From the NCBI GenBank assembly GCA_963823665.1, contig CAWGMQ010000004.1, positions 2,240,001 through 2,304,000 on the forward strand: a DNA stretch of 64,000 nt. The letters are read 5' to 3'. Shown in pieces: positions 61,705 to 64,000 of this stretch. Source of the stretch: an uncultured Planctomycetota bacterium. GTDB lineage: Bacteria; Planctomycetota; Planctomycetia; Isosphaerales; Isosphaeraceae. The notes beneath the pieces were generated by a model. That model had not been told where the DNA came from. It saw only the letters and a list, made by a program, of their open reading frames with translations, and made no database searches. Made by a program: the position numbers and the translations under genes. Numbering within the stretch: the first letter of the stretch is position 1; each line of letters begins with the position of its first letter.

Positions 61705-62043
61705 TCAACTGCGTTCCACTTCACGTTCAAATGCGACCGGTCCAACCCGGAACCGAATGTCATGAATCGTTGTTCCCAGGGCACAGGATCTTAACGATTC
61801 AACCAGCTTCGCCTTCTGAAACGCCGCCAGCTCTCCCAGAAGAGCCGAATGCGCAACTGTCACGTTAAGTACCCCATGACGCACTTCGCCTATCCGTGTC
61901 TGGTAACAATATGGTTCGCCAACCGCAACCCTCCAGGCGTTTTCCAGCACCCGCTGGGCATGCGTCTGACTGTAGCCGCGCACGACAATTAACTCGCCCA
62001 GAATGTCCGACAGGGACCGGGCACCTTGGCTCACGCTAAACAT
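61705..62043 (-). CDS. DUF721 / DciA-family protein
   Basis: W...VG, GVLNVTV.HSA...EL, I.DIRFRVG; lies between dnaN and gyrB. Confidence 0.8.
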   Translation of the reverse strand: MFSVSQGARSLSDILGELIVVRGYSQTHAQRVLENAWRVAVGEPYCYQTRIGEVRHGVLNVTVAHSALLGELAAFQKAKLVESLRSCALGTTIHDIRFRVGPVAFEREVERS

Positions 62044-62219
62044 ACCTCCTCAGTTGAGTTAGATTTAATACTTAATAAGGCATATGAACATATATCATAC
62101 GCATGACCATGTCCCTTGCTTGCCTTTCTCCATAACGCGACTCCAAAACCAATCCGTCTCGCTTGGTTTCGAGAGTGCCTCCATTGCTTCGGGAACAAGC
62201 GTATGACCGCAAACTCCTT

Positions 62220-63341
62220 TTAGCCAGGCTCACGAGTCAAAGGCATGACAACATATGTATATCTATCATTTGTCTTGAAAACCGCGGCGTTTTTTGAGTC
62301 GATCAACTCGGCTGTTATGGAAGTAGTGTCGTCCAGCGTCTTCAGGGCATCGACAAGATAACGAGGATCGAAAGTGATCTCTACTGTTTTACCCTCATAG
62401 TTGATGGGTAGCTCCACATGCGAACTGCCAACATCGGCGGATCGACTTGTGAGTCGCAGCATACCTGAACTGAACTGGAAATCGACACCTCGACTGTCGT
62501 CGCTGGTCACAATTGACGCCTGCTCAACAGCCATCCGTAATGGCCCAACTTCAAGAGTAATCTTCGTGTCGCTATTAGCTGGGAAAACATCCTGATAGCG
62601 CGGAAACCTCCCTTCGACCAATTGGCTGTAGATTACCGCTCTCTCGGACCGGATCATCACGGCTGTCCCTGTCTGAAGGCTCAGATGGACAGGTAGGTCT
62701 TCATTAACCAAGTTACGTTCAATTAATTTGAGGGCCTTCACCGGTATCACAGGTGATCCAACAGGTGGGGACGGACTGTTTTCAGCCGTAGCAGGAGCAG
62801 ACATCCGCGCTAAGCGGCGCCCATCCGTACCTACCATTGCGATTGAATCATCGGTGATTTCAACGAGCACTCCTCCAAGCGCGTAGCGAGTACTCTCGAC
62901 GTCAGTAGCAAACATCGTTCGCCGAATAAGTTTCTTCAGGTCTGCAGCGTCAATGACATGGTAACTCTGAGCAGCAAAATCAGGAACATCAGGAAACAGG
63001 CTCGCATCTTCCGCCGGTAGAGTAAACTCCGAATGTAAGCCTTGTACAACGAGACGCTCTCCGTCAGTTTCGATGCTGATTTCCGGATCAGTGCCGGTTC
63101 GCAAAATCGAGTTCATTTGCGCCGTTGGTAGAATCACAGTGCCTGCCTTATCAACCTTCATTCCAGGTAGCTGATACCGAATTCCTACCTCCAGATCAGT
63201 ACCGATAAGCACTGACCTATTGTCAATATTCGCTATTAGCTTGATGTTTTGGAGGATTGGTTTAGGGCTTCGGGCTGAGATAACCCCACTTACCATCCCA
63301 AACGCCGTGAGCAATGTCTCACGGTCGCAGCAAATCCTCAT
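62220..63341 (-). CDS. dnaN: DNA polymerase III beta sliding clamp
   Basis: PILQNI, TDLE, RYALGG, VGTDGRRLA, VIPVK, LVEGRFPRY, YVVMP. Confidence 0.97.
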   Translation of the reverse strand: MRICCDRETLLTAFGMVSGVISARSPKPILQNIKLIANIDNRSVLIGTDLEVGIRYQLPGMKVDKAGTVILPTAQMNSILRTGTDPEISIETDGERLVVQGLHSEFTLPAEDASLFPDVPDFAAQSYHVIDAADLKKLIRRTMFATDVESTRYALGGVLVEITDDSIAMVGTDGRRLARMSAPATAENSPSPPVGSPVIPVKALKLIERNLVNEDLPVHLSLQTGTAVMIRSERAVIYSQLVEGRFPRYQDVFPANSDTKITLEVGPLRMAVEQASIVTSDDSRGVDFQFSSGMLRLTSRSADVGSSHVELPINYEGKTVEITFDPRYLVDALKTLDDTTSITAELIDSKNAAVFKTNDRYTYVVMPLTREPG

Positions 63342-63801
63342 TCGAGATTTCCTGCTTGAATCACCTGGTTGATATGTTTCAAAAATATGAACCCGCTACG
63401 AACCAAGGTATCGTTCTTGGTCGGCCACGCGCTGGTTAGAACAAGGCGGTTTAATACCGATCGATCCAGGAATTAGATCCTACTGCATCGTCAATTTAGC
63501 AGAATAGAGATCTAACTGTATATTAGAAGTAAGTCGGAGATGCCAACGCCTCGCAGATGGCAACACCCATCTTGAAAAGCTCTCCACGACTACACCCGCC
63601 TCGAACAACTGAATGATACCAAAGACCTTATCATCGCACAACATTGGTTAACTAGGGATGAGAAAAGTCGTGCATATACCGGGTATCAACCTCGGAATTA
63701 CCTGGTCATTCAGATAAGCTGCCCTTATTCGTTTTTGCAACACTTCTTCGAAACGGGCATTGTTTACACACCTTGTCAACCAGATACCAACACTTTGTAC
63801 A

Positions 63802-64000
63802 GTGCTGAAAGTACTCCAATTAATTCCGACACTTGACCGCTCCGGAGCTGAGAAGCAGATGGTGCTCTTGGCCAAGGGACTACCGCGTGACAGGTTCTAC
63901 GTCGAAGTTGCGGCACTGACACGCCTTGGCCCACTCGAGGTAGAATTGCGCGACGCTGGTATCCCCGTTACAGCAATCGGCAAGCGATTCAAAGTGGATC
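63802..64000 (+). CDS. Partial glycosyltransferase family 4 (N-terminus); runs off the window end
   Basis: Translated by hand from GTG 63802: MLKVLQLIPTLDRSGAEKQMVLLAKGLPRDRFYVEVAALTRLGPLEVELRDAGIPVTAIGKRFKVD. Confidence 0.8.
   Translation, partial: MLKVLQLIPTLDRSGAEKQMVLLAKGLPRDRFYVEVAALTRLGPLEVELRDAGIPVTAIGKRFKVD

Noticed and set aside
63762..63770. DnaA-box-like GTTTACACA upstream of dnaN
   Set aside because: A single one-mismatch box with no cluster; insufficient to call oriC.

Overview
Gene-dense 64-kb bacterial chromosomal window, most likely from a planctomycete (Isosphaeraceae-like). That assignment is inferred from a LEPRxLL-type secreted protein, long SWIM-SNF2 and GyrB proteins, and ThuA/Gfo-Idh-MocA genes. 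From left to right: (1) a MoxR-DUF58-transglutaminase-type operon; (2) eutB plus an amino-acid permease, with no eutC in view; (3) nitrilase, PEGA-lipoprotein and EcsC-like genes; (4) aroA followed by a ~21-kb exosortase-associated exopolysaccharide/glycosylation locus. The locus encodes an FkbM methyltransferase, WecA-like transferase, Wzc, O-antigen-ligase-like protein, FHA-repeat-TM-TPR protein, exosortase, EpsI, four glycosyltransferases, Wzy-like polymerase and AsnB, with an antisense Ser/Thr/Gly-rich LEPRxLL protein embedded in it; (5) sugar/redox genes, including an apparently catalytically dead GH38-like protein; (6) core genes dtd, glmU, gatCAB, tal, selD, SWIM-SNF2, gyrB, dciA-like (DUF721) and dnaN. 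Small frameshifts in gatB (two) and the permease, and possibly in the EcsC-like gene, look like sequencing indels. GC content drops toward dnaN. I saw no tRNA, rRNA, CRISPR array or mobile element. All calls come from motif recognition by eye; no searches were run.
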